Source: Candidatus Ozemobacteraceae bacterium
GTDB lineage: Bacteria > Muiribacteriota > Ozemobacteria > Ozemobacterales > Ozemobacteraceae
DNA: 64,000 nt
Reading direction: 5' to 3'
Assembly: GCA_965140445.1 (NCBI GenBank)
Contig: OZ223236.1
Span: 1,120,001 to 1,184,000, forward strand
In this document: positions 1 to 8,450 of the stretch, in pieces
How the letters are laid out: every line of letters begins with the position of its first letter
Numbering within the stretch: position 1 is the stretch's first letter
The notes under the pieces: model-generated
Told to the model about the DNA's origin: nothing
Seen by the model: the letters and a program-made list of their open reading frames with translations, nothing else
Database searches by the model: none
Made by a program: the position numbers and the translations under genes

Positions 1-1
1 T

Positions 2-178
2 AGAAGAAGTTTGGTTGCAGCTAAAGATATCAAAGCAGGAACCGTAATAACTGAAGATATGGTTGCGGTTAAGAGACCGGGGTTTGGAATTCAGGTAAAA
101 CACCTTGAAATTGTTCTCGGCCGAAAAGCCCAAAGAGACATCGAAGAGGATGATATTCTTACATGGGAAATGATTTAA
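2..178 (+). CDS. C-terminal SAF domain of a NeuB/PseI-family nonulosonic acid synthase (5'-truncated by window)
   Basis: Frame 2 reads RRSLVAAKDIKAGTVITEDMVAVKRPGFGI...WEMI*, the typical NeuB-family SAF tail; its stop overlaps the start of a PseH-like gene. Confidence 0.85.
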   Translation, partial: RRSLVAAKDIKAGTVITEDMVAVKRPGFGIQVKHLEIVLGRKAQRDIEEDDILTWEMI

Positions 179-888
179 CCCTTCGAAGATGGGAAGAAAA
201 AGACTGCAAACTCCTATATGATTGGAGAAACCACTTAGAGATTCGCAAATGGTCCTTTCAGAACACAGTTTTTCCATACGCTGATCATCAAGAATGGTTT
301 AATCGATTTATTGTAAATAAAGACAAAATTGGATTAATTCTTGAGTGCAACGGAGTTTCTGCAGGTCAGATAAGATTTGAACTTACAGAATTTAAAGGGG
401 TTTTAAGAGTCTCCATTTCCATAGCGCCTGAGTTTCTGGGGAAAGGTCTCGGTACAGCTCTTCTCAAACTCGCTTGCAATGATGAAGGCGTTAAACAGCT
501 TGGAAGCCTTATCGTTGCTGAAACTATGCTGGAAAATGTTCCCTCGCAGAGAATTTTTGAGAAAAGCGCTTTCATAAATTCAGGCCCCGGAATGCATAAT
601 GATCGTTCCTTCATTTATTGGACAAGATTTATTCGAAAAATAAATGTTTCATGTCTGGTTGACGGAGAAGCCATGCTGAGAGCTAAAGTTGCTGATTTTT
701 TAATCTCTCACCAAATTGAGATTCTAGATAAAAATGCAGATATAGATTTTTTTGTTGAAAAAAAATCGGGTTCCGACCAACTGATAATAAATTTACTTAA
801 GCCGTCATTAGACAATTTTACGGATGTCAGTCGCAATCCATTTGTGTTTGCAGCTCAAATAGTGGCACTCTTGATGCAAGAAAAATGA
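163..888 (+). CDS. PseH-like GNAT N-acetyltransferase (nucleotide-sugar pathway) with C-terminal extension
   Basis: LYDWRN...IRKWSF...HQEWF and GKGLG acetyl-CoA motif; sits directly after the neuB-like gene. Confidence 0.75.
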   Translation: MGNDLTLRRWEEKDCKLLYDWRNHLEIRKWSFQNTVFPYADHQEWFNRFIVNKDKIGLILECNGVSAGQIRFELTEFKGVLRVSISIAPEFLGKGLGTALLKLACNDEGVKQLGSLIVAETMLENVPSQRIFEKSAFINSGPGMHNDRSFIYWTRFIRKINVSCLVDGEAMLRAKVADFLISHQIEILDKNADIDFFVEKKSGSDQLIINLLKPSLDNFTDVSRNPFVFAAQIVALLMQEK

Positions 889-965
889 TGATTTATCATT
901 GAGATTGCCGATACTAGTTATGTTAAATATCAAAAAACATAAAACGAAAAGGTAATACAATTCCG

Positions 966-2900
966 ATGAAATCCTCTTTTTATGCAAAAAACATGAAGGT
1001 TCTTCGCAAACGCATGCCAGTGTTTGCTCGAGCTATAGAAAATGCCGGAAGTTTTCCAAAAGATTGTGAATACATAATCGAAAGTGCTAAAAATAGTTCT
1101 CCAACCTTAGCGATAAAAAAAGATGACAAGGTTTTTCAGGTTCATAGTAAATATAACCCCCAAAGAGAAGCCAAACAGCAGGTTGAAAATAGTAAATTTA
1201 AAAATCCCAGACTACTTCTGATTCTTGGTCTTGGTCTTGGGTATCATATCAGAGCATGTCTTGAGGAATTGAAGGACAATAATTTATTTATTATTGTTAT
1301 AGAAAAAGATGTTCATGCCCTCAAGGCGGCAGTTGAAAATGCTGATCTAACAGATCTGTTTTCGTCTAACAAAATTCGCTGGGTTATTGGTGTCCCACAA
1401 GATGAAGGATATGCTGTATTAAACGACATGCTTAAGCAAGCTGGAATCGCGATGCAGCTATTTTTAAAGACATTGGTTATTTTTGATCATCCTGTTATTG
1501 ATAAAGTGCATGGTGATTACCACCGCCACATGGCAAGATGCTTCAGGGAAGCTGCGCATGCAATTATTTTTAACTATGGAAACTGCCCTGAAGATTCGAT
1601 GATTGGTGTCAAAAATATCATGAGAAATCTGGCAACCATCATGAAAAACCCCGGCGTAAAAGACCTTGAAGGATCTATGAAGGGAATACCTGGAATAATT
1701 GTTTCGACGGGACCTTCACTCGATAAAAATATTGAGTTCTTAAAGCAGGCCGAGGGCAAGGCAGTAATGATTTGCGCCGATTCAGCCTTGAAAATCCTTT
1801 ATGAACACGGCATTAAACCCACAGCTGCGGCAAGTCTTGAACGAATTATGCATGTTGCTACCATGTTTAAACAGGTTCCAGATGATTTCAAAGAAGATAT
1901 TTACCTGGCAGGAACGCCAGTTATCATGAAAGAATCTTATGAAGCATGGAATGGCCCAACATTTATTACATACCGAGCTTTCGCTCATTTCGAATGGATT
2001 GATATACCCAAAGGAACCCTGAATGTTGGTCCTTCATGTTCAAATATGGCTTTCAAAATTCTGGAAACCATGGGCTGTAATCCTATTATCCTGGTAGGAC
2101 AGGATTGTGCATTTGAAAGCGCAGAAAAAACTCATGCATCCAGTGCGCCAAGCGTAACCAGACTTGATGTTAAAGAAAAAGATTTGATTAAAGTTAAGGG
2201 AAATTATGCAGACTGGGTTTATACCAATAATATCTTTAACCTTTTCAGGAAAAGCTTTGTTACAGATGTGGCTCAATGGCATGGGAAATGTATTAACTCA
2301 ACCGCTGGCGGAGCATTTATCGAAGGCACTGAACTGATGCCGCTTGATAAGGCAATCGAAAAATATTGTACCAGAGAAATTGATGTTAAAGCTATTATGA
2401 AAAGGGCGCTTCATTATCCAACAGAAGAAGAAATAAGAAGAGAATATCGCAAATTCAGAAGAATTATTCTTGATACTCAAAAAGAGGTCGAGGGTGTTAT
2501 TGAATATTGTGATAAAGGTGCGAAGATGGTTGATGAATTTGAAGATCGGCTCGAAAAAGAAGGCTTTTCAAAAATTGAAGACTTTCTCGAAAGATTCCCT
2601 GACCCGGATCTTGATGAAATTCACGCTGAAATGACCCGTGCCAGAAGCAAGATTATTACCTTCGGAAAATACTTTAACCTCTATCTGATGCATATTGTGC
2701 AGATGATTATTGTTAAGTTTGAAATGGATTTTAATGAGTTACCAACTTTATGCGATGACATGAAACGATGCAAACTTCAGTCTATAAGGCTTATGAAACG
2801 TTGGTTCCCAACGGTTGGCGATGTTTGTCGACTTTCGTTAAAACTATTAGTCGATGCGTATGAAGATCTTGAAACTGAATTTGGAGCTTTATTAAAATAA
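966..2900 (+). CDS. Maf-family (motility-associated factor, DUF115/MptE-like) putative nonulosonate transferase
   Basis: HSKYNP.REA, LGLGLGY, STGPSLDKN, ICADSA and IILVGQD motifs; nonulosonic-acid gene context. Confidence 0.8.
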   Translation: MKSSFYAKNMKVLRKRMPVFARAIENAGSFPKDCEYIIESAKNSSPTLAIKKDDKVFQVHSKYNPQREAKQQVENSKFKNPRLLLILGLGLGYHIRACLEELKDNNLFIIVIEKDVHALKAAVENADLTDLFSSNKIRWVIGVPQDEGYAVLNDMLKQAGIAMQLFLKTLVIFDHPVIDKVHGDYHRHMARCFREAAHAIIFNYGNCPEDSMIGVKNIMRNLATIMKNPGVKDLEGSMKGIPGIIVSTGPSLDKNIEFLKQAEGKAVMICADSALKILYEHGIKPTAAASLERIMHVATMFKQVPDDFKEDIYLAGTPVIMKESYEAWNGPTFITYRAFAHFEWIDIPKGTLNVGPSCSNMAFKILETMGCNPIILVGQDCAFESAEKTHASSAPSVTRLDVKEKDLIKVKGNYADWVYTNNIFNLFRKSFVTDVAQWHGKCINSTAGGAFIEGTELMPLDKAIEKYCTREIDVKAIMKRALHYPTEEEIRREYRKFRRIILDTQKEVEGVIEYCDKGAKMVDEFEDRLEKEGFSKIEDFLERFPDPDLDEIHAEMTRARSKIITFGKYFNLYLMHIVQMIIVKFEMDFNELPTLCDDMKRCKLQSIRLMKRWFPTVGDVCRLSLKLLVDAYEDLETEFGALLK

Positions 2901-2911
2901 ATAGCACTCGC

Positions 2912-2948
2912 AAAAGGGCTACCCAAATTACTGGGTGGCCCTTTTTTT
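2912..2948 (+). terminator. Rho-independent terminator
   Basis: AAAAGGGCTACCCA-loop-TGGGTGGCCC followed by T7. Confidence 0.85.
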
Positions 2949-2973
2949 ATTTACTTAAGTGAAGAGTCTCTTT

Positions 2974-2983
2974 GTGATATAAT
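2974..2983 (+). promoter_or_regulatory. Extended -10 promoter (TGnTATAAT) of the ferredoxin-hut operon
   Basis: GTGATATAAT ends 6 nt before the ATG at 2990, just after a terminator. Confidence 0.6.
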
Positions 2984-2989
2984 TCGCTA

Positions 2990-3244
2990 ATGAAAAATGA
3001 CCGTTTTATAAATTACACTCTCGGCGGCGATGAATGGATTCCTCGCTTTATTAAAGGAATTGATCCCAAAAAGTGTTCAAAATGTGCTTTTTGTACCAAG
3101 GTTTGCCCCGCAGGAGTGTTTGTTAGAACTGTCACTGCTGCAATAAAACCTCTCAATAAGGGAAAATGCATCGGATGTGGTTGCTGTGAGCGTCTTTGCA
3201 AAGACGAAGCTATCACCTGCGCCCCTTTTGAAGAACATAAATAG
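2990..3244 (+). CDS. 2x[4Fe-4S] ferredoxin
   Basis: CxxCxxCxxxCP and CxxCxxCxxxC motifs. Confidence 0.9.
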   Translation: MKNDRFINYTLGGDEWIPRFIKGIDPKKCSKCAFCTKVCPAGVFVRTVTAAIKPLNKGKCIGCGCCERLCKDEAITCAPFEEHK

Positions 3245-3277
3245 AAAATTCGCTTATAAATAGGAAGGAATGAAGAT

Positions 3278-4798
3278 ATGATAACTCTAACTGGAAGTAG
3301 TCTTACCCTGGATCAGCTTGCTCAAATAGCTTCTGGAGAAAAAGTTCAGATTTGTTCTGAAGCAATCTCAAGAGTTAATGCTTCCAGAAGTATTGTCGAA
3401 AAACTTATAGAAGAAAATAGGGTCGTCTACGGCATTACTACCGGATTTGGCCATTTGTGCAATACAAGGATCAACCGAGAAGATCTCGAAAGACTTCAGA
3501 CTAATCTTATTCGAAGCCACGCAACCGGGGTGGGGGAATTCTTTTCCCGTGCAGATGTAAAAGCAATGATTGCTATTCGCGTCAACTCTTTGCTTCACGG
3601 CGTTAGTGGAGTAAGGGTTGAAGTCATTCAAGGCCTGATCGATCTGATTAACAATGATGTAATTCCAGCTGTGCCACAACAGGGCTCAGTAGGATGCTCA
3701 GGAGATCTTGCTCCACTTTCTCATATTATGCTTGTTCTGATGGGTGAAGGCGAAATCCTGGGCTCCACAAGACACGAAAGCTTTCCTGCGCTTCCTGCTC
3801 TTGAAAAGGCTGGTTTAGCACCAATTCAATTGCATGCAAAAGAAGGCTTGGCCTTAATCAATGGAACATCAGTGATGACAGGCGTTCTTGCGCTTTCTCT
3901 TCACAGAGCTCTTCACGTTTCAAAATCTGCTGACATCATTGCCAGTATGACGCTGGAGATGGTAAAAGGCTCCACAAATCCTTTTGATCCTGATTTCATA
4001 GCCCTGAGACCATACCCCGGAATGAAACAGTCGGCAGCAAACGTTCTATCTTGTATCCTTGACAGCGAAGTGCGGAAAAGCCATATCGGATGTACTAAAG
4101 TTCAAGACGCTTATAGCCTTCGATGTATTCCCCAGGTTCATGGTGCAACCAGAGAAAACCTGAATCACCTGGTTGATCAGGTAACTATCGAAATAAACTC
4201 CGTCACCGACAATCCAATCATTCTTTCAGAAGATAAAATCATTTCTGGCGGCCACTTTCATGGACAGCCAATGGCTTTTGCTGCTGACTTTCTTGGTATC
4301 GCAGTAGCAGAGCTGGCCAACATAAGCGAAAGACGTATTGATAGACTTCTCAACCCATTGATTAACGAAACGAAGCCATTTCTTTCTCATAATCCTGGAG
4401 TTAACTCTGGACTTATGATTATTCAATATACGGCAGCTTCACTGGTCAGTGAGAATAAGATTCTTGCTCACCCTGCATCAGTAGACTCAATTCCAACTTC
4501 TGCATATCAGGAAGACCACGTGAGTATGGGAACTATTGCCGCGAGAAAGGGTGCTAAGATACTTGAGCATACTGCCCAGGTTCTTGCTATTGAGTGGGTT
4601 AGTGCTGCTCAGGCTTACGAATTTGTTAAGCCCTTAAAGCTTGGTTCTGGAACCCAGCAGGCTTACGACCTACTTCGCGAAGTGGTTGCTCCACTTGAAG
4701 AAGATAGAATTTTGGCCCCGGATCTTAGAGTTGCTAAAGATCTACTCTGGGAAGGAAAACTTCTTGAAAGTGTTAGCCAGGCGGTTAAAATCGTATAG
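3278..4798 (+). CDS. hutH: Histidine ammonia-lyase
   Basis: VYGITTGFG, LIRSH, GSVGCSGDLAPL, KEGLALING, QDAYSLRC, QEDHVSMG. Confidence 0.95.
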   Translation: MITLTGSSLTLDQLAQIASGEKVQICSEAISRVNASRSIVEKLIEENRVVYGITTGFGHLCNTRINREDLERLQTNLIRSHATGVGEFFSRADVKAMIAIRVNSLLHGVSGVRVEVIQGLIDLINNDVIPAVPQQGSVGCSGDLAPLSHIMLVLMGEGEILGSTRHESFPALPALEKAGLAPIQLHAKEGLALINGTSVMTGVLALSLHRALHVSKSADIIASMTLEMVKGSTNPFDPDFIALRPYPGMKQSAANVLSCILDSEVRKSHIGCTKVQDAYSLRCIPQVHGATRENLNHLVDQVTIEINSVTDNPIILSEDKIISGGHFHGQPMAFAADFLGIAVAELANISERRIDRLLNPLINETKPFLSHNPGVNSGLMIIQYTAASLVSENKILAHPASVDSIPTSAYQEDHVSMGTIAARKGAKILEHTAQVLAIEWVSAAQAYEFVKPLKLGSGTQQAYDLLREVVAPLEEDRILAPDLRVAKDLLWEGKLLESVSQAVKIV

Positions 4799-4864
4799 TT
4801 TTTTGGCTTGTGTTCTGAATTTTGGATTTGCCAGGTGAAATAAACAAAGTTAAGGAGAAATCAG

Positions 4865-6142
4865 ATGAGTGAAGTTGTAAAACCAACGGCTGATTTTGTT
4901 TTACATAATTTAAAAAAAGCTGCAATTTTCCCCAATTCTTACAAAGGAAAAGGAACCAGACCAGGTTGGGAAGTTGAAGAACTTGAAAATTGCTCTATTG
5001 CTTCAAAAGATGGCATTATTACGTGGATTGGACCATCTTCAGAATTGACAAACGCTGTTGAAATTATTGCCGAAACAACTTTTTACAATGGTGATGGGCT
5101 AATTGCCACTCCTGGTTTTGTTGATTCACATACTCATCTGGTTTATGCCGGCGACCGAAGCGATGAATTTGAAATGAGAGTTCAGGGCAGGAGCTATCTG
5201 GATATTCTGGGAGCTGGCGGCGGAATTCTTCGAACCACCAATGCAATTAGAGATCTGGCTGAAGAAGCCTTATATGAAGAAGCAGCTTATCGCATTGAAA
5301 TGGCTCTTGAGTGGGGAACCAGCACCATCGAAATCAAAAGTGGATATGGATTGGATCTCGAAAATGAACTCAAGATGCTTCGAGTAATATCAAGGTTAGG
5401 TGAAGAGTATCCAATAAGAATAATCCCAACTTTCATGGGTGCTCATGCCATTCCTGCTGATAGAAAAGCAGACCCACAAGCTTTTGTTGATGAAATTTGT
5501 AACGTCTGGATTCCAAAAGTTGCTGAAGAAGGGCTGGCAGTGTTTAACGATGTCTTTACTGAAGATAAAGCTTTTTCTGTTGAACAATCCAGACAGGTTC
5601 TTGAAGCTGGTTTGAAGCATGGATTAAAAGTAAAAATCCATGCTGATGAAATAAATGTTCTGGGCGGAGTTGATCTGGCAGTTGAACTTGGTGCTGTGAG
5701 CGCAGACCACTTGCTTATGACTGGGGCAGAAGGCATAGAAAAGCTCAAAGATAGCGGTGTCATTCCAACCGTATTGCCAGGAACATCAACCTACCTTATG
5801 GAAAGCCATCATGCGCCAGCAAGAAAAATGATAGAGGCCGGATTGCCGTTAGCTATTGCTTCAGATCATAATCCTGGTAGCAGTCAGTTTTTAGGAGCAG
5901 GTCTGATCCAGTCTCTGGCCATGCTTCAGCTTCGAATGTCCGCAGCGGAAAGTCTGATTGCGGGAACACTGCATTCAGCCTATGCACTTGATATGGGGCA
6001 GGAAATTGGCTCTATTGAAGTGGGCAAAAAAATGGATGTTGCACTATTTGATTTTGATTCCTATCGACAAATTGGTTATCGTATCGGCCAGAATGGCTTG
6101 TATGACCTTATTATTGATGGTTTCTCTGTTTTTGGCGAATAA
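4865..6142 (+). CDS. hutI: Imidazolonepropionase
   Basis: PGFVDSHTH, EIKSGYGL, GAHA, HADE, DHNPGS; follows hutH. Confidence 0.95.
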   Translation: MSEVVKPTADFVLHNLKKAAIFPNSYKGKGTRPGWEVEELENCSIASKDGIITWIGPSSELTNAVEIIAETTFYNGDGLIATPGFVDSHTHLVYAGDRSDEFEMRVQGRSYLDILGAGGGILRTTNAIRDLAEEALYEEAAYRIEMALEWGTSTIEIKSGYGLDLENELKMLRVISRLGEEYPIRIIPTFMGAHAIPADRKADPQAFVDEICNVWIPKVAEEGLAVFNDVFTEDKAFSVEQSRQVLEAGLKHGLKVKIHADEINVLGGVDLAVELGAVSADHLLMTGAEGIEKLKDSGVIPTVLPGTSTYLMESHHAPARKMIEAGLPLAIASDHNPGSSQFLGAGLIQSLAMLQLRMSAAESLIAGTLHSAYALDMGQEIGSIEVGKKMDVALFDFDSYRQIGYRIGQNGLYDLIIDGFSVFGE

Positions 6143-6159
6143 TTGGCGGGAGATTTTAA

Positions 6160-7188
6160 ATGATTCTGGTATTAGGTAGTTCTGTAAGCGAAATACAGAA
6201 AAGAGAGTTATGTCTTCGATTACAGAAAATGGGATTCTATACCAGATTGGTAGAGCAGTTTGGTGAATCTGTTGTTTCCGTCGACGGGCCTGGCGAAGAT
6301 AGAATTTCTTCAGTCGTAGCAGGCTGGATAGGTGTAGAGAAAGTGGTTGCTAAGAAAAGTCCATTTTATCTATCTTCACGAGAATGCCTGAAAAAGAATA
6401 CTATTGTTAAAGTCGGCAAAGGGCAAAGCCAGGTGGCTTTTGGATCTGATGAAATCGTTTCTATTGCCGGTCCTTGTGCTATTGAAACAGAAGAGACAGC
6501 AATTGAACTTGCGAAGATTATAAAAAAAGCTGGAACCAGAATTTTTAGAGGCATGATTTATAAGCCAAGGTCTTCGCCATACTCTTTTCAGGGATTGAGC
6601 AAAGCTGGTATTCCAATCTTGAAAAAAATAAAACAGGAAACTGGTCTGAATATTCTAACTGAGATTCGATCGCCACACGAAATAGAATCTGTTTTAGATG
6701 TTGCAGATATGATCCAGGTTGGAACCAGAAATATGAGCAATTTTGAGTTGCTTAAATATCTTGGTCAGGCAAAAAAGCCCATCCTGTTAAAACGTGGAAT
6801 GGGTGCAACAATTGAAGAGCTTCTTTGTGCCGCTGAATATCTTATTGTCCACGGGAACACAGAGATTGTTCTTTGCGAACGAGGAATCAGAACTTTTGAA
6901 CATTTTACCCGTTTTACTTTTGATATTGGTGCGGTACCATCCCTGAAGCAGATTTCTCATTTGCCGGTGATAGTTGATCCAAGTCATGCGACCGGGAAAA
7001 GCTCTTTAGTAGGGCCTCTGGCCTTTGCTGCTTTGAGTGCAGGGGCAGATGGATTAATGATCGAGATTCATAATGAGCCTGAAAAAGCTTTTTCTGATGG
7101 AACTCAGTCCATTTTGCCAGATGAATTCAATCAGATTGTTAATAAGGGTAACGAGTTGGCAAAAGTTTTTGGCCGGACACTAAAGTAA
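6160..7188 (+). CDS. aroF: DAHP synthase class I-beta with N-terminal regulatory domain
   Basis: IAGPCAIE, KPRSSPYSFQG, LLKRG, CERGIRTFE, DPSHATG. Confidence 0.9.
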   Translation: MILVLGSSVSEIQKRELCLRLQKMGFYTRLVEQFGESVVSVDGPGEDRISSVVAGWIGVEKVVAKKSPFYLSSRECLKKNTIVKVGKGQSQVAFGSDEIVSIAGPCAIETEETAIELAKIIKKAGTRIFRGMIYKPRSSPYSFQGLSKAGIPILKKIKQETGLNILTEIRSPHEIESVLDVADMIQVGTRNMSNFELLKYLGQAKKPILLKRGMGATIEELLCAAEYLIVHGNTEIVLCERGIRTFEHFTRFTFDIGAVPSLKQISHLPVIVDPSHATGKSSLVGPLAFAALSAGADGLMIEIHNEPEKAFSDGTQSILPDEFNQIVNKGNELAKVFGRTLK

Positions 7189-7293
7189 CTCTGAATTAAG
7201 AATACACGGCACCTTTGAATTTTTTGATGACTTCCATTTTTTTATAAAATCCTTATAATTATCTGTACATAATTAAAAATAAGGGGTTCGAAG

Positions 7294-8358
7294 GTGTTTA
7301 AAAACAGTTTTAAAGTGGTTCTGGTTTTTTTACTAACCCTTTCTGTATCAGCTTCAGCAAGTGAGTTTAAAAACTGGTTGAAGCAATATGAAGCGACTCA
7401 TTATCAGCAGGATAAATATCAGCGAGTTGATCCAAAAGGTGATGCGTTTCTGATTAGAAAGCTTGATCAGGTGCCAATGAAGTTGGTTGAAGCATTGGTT
7501 AAAAGCTCATATCCTCAAGCTGAAATTCAGAAAGAAAAAGAGTTGAAAGCCCTTGAAGAAGCAGCTAAAAAAGGTGCTGGATTCAAAATTGGCAAAACAG
7601 TTCCTATCGATATTGATCGATTGGTAAATAAATGCCGGGAAATCATGCTTAAATACTATCCTAATATTAAACCAACAATTGGTGAAGAGCATGAATGGTC
7701 ATCTGAAGCAAAAAAATATTTGATTTACGGTTTCTGGCACAGATTAGGTAGACACGTCTTCAGAAAGCAGAAAGAATTTCCAAGTCCACTGTTTTTCAGA
7801 TCAAAATTGTTTTTACTCCTGGCTTGTGGCTGGACTTCCAGATACGCAGTTACCGGTCAGGAAGAAGCTTTAAAAAATAGAATCATGTTATACCCTGATG
7901 GAAAAATGCAGCTTCATCAGATGTTTATGGAAAGCTATGTTCTCAATAAAGGAAATATATATTTAACCTTCTTGACTGCTGAAAATGTTTTGGCAGGCGA
8001 TCCTTATCGTGTTGATCGTGAAAATGATCCAATCCAGAAAAAACTGGCATATCTAAGACACGATACTGTTCAAATGGGTGACAACTATGGTGCCTGGTAT
8101 CACTTCTTTGGCATCTCATTATATGGAGTCACCAGAAGCGGAGTGACATCTCGCGCTGTCGCAGAAATTGAAAGCCTCGGCTCTCTTTTCCTGGAAGGAA
8201 AAGACAAACAGGAAGATTACATTAATCGATTTGGAGCAATTTTCGGAAAGAGTTTTAAAAAGATGCTGAAAAAAGGCACCTGGAAGAAACCTTTAACCAA
8301 AGAAGAAAGAACAGATTATATGTTGCCGAATCCTTTAGCCAAATCTGTAAAAAAGTAA
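7294..8358 (+). CDS. Hypothetical secreted protein
   Basis: 354 aa ORF with an AAGGGG RBS, signal peptide (ASA-S) and downstream terminator; no family recognised. Confidence 0.75.
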   Translation: MFKNSFKVVLVFLLTLSVSASASEFKNWLKQYEATHYQQDKYQRVDPKGDAFLIRKLDQVPMKLVEALVKSSYPQAEIQKEKELKALEEAAKKGAGFKIGKTVPIDIDRLVNKCREIMLKYYPNIKPTIGEEHEWSSEAKKYLIYGFWHRLGRHVFRKQKEFPSPLFFRSKLFLLLACGWTSRYAVTGQEEALKNRIMLYPDGKMQLHQMFMESYVLNKGNIYLTFLTAENVLAGDPYRVDRENDPIQKKLAYLRHDTVQMGDNYGAWYHFFGISLYGVTRSGVTSRAVAEIESLGSLFLEGKDKQEDYINRFGAIFGKSFKKMLKKGTWKKPLTKEERTDYMLPNPLAKSVKK

Positions 8359-8371
8359 AGTCATTCGAATT

Positions 8372-8411
8372 AAAAAAAGCGCCGGTAGCTTATTGCTTCT
8401 GGCGCTTTTTT
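8372..8411. terminator. Bidirectional intrinsic terminator
   Basis: A7-GCGCCGG...CTGGCGC-T6 between convergent genes. Confidence 0.85.
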
Positions 8412-8450
8412 ATTTATTCATAAAAGCTCAATTTCTATTTAGTGATATTT

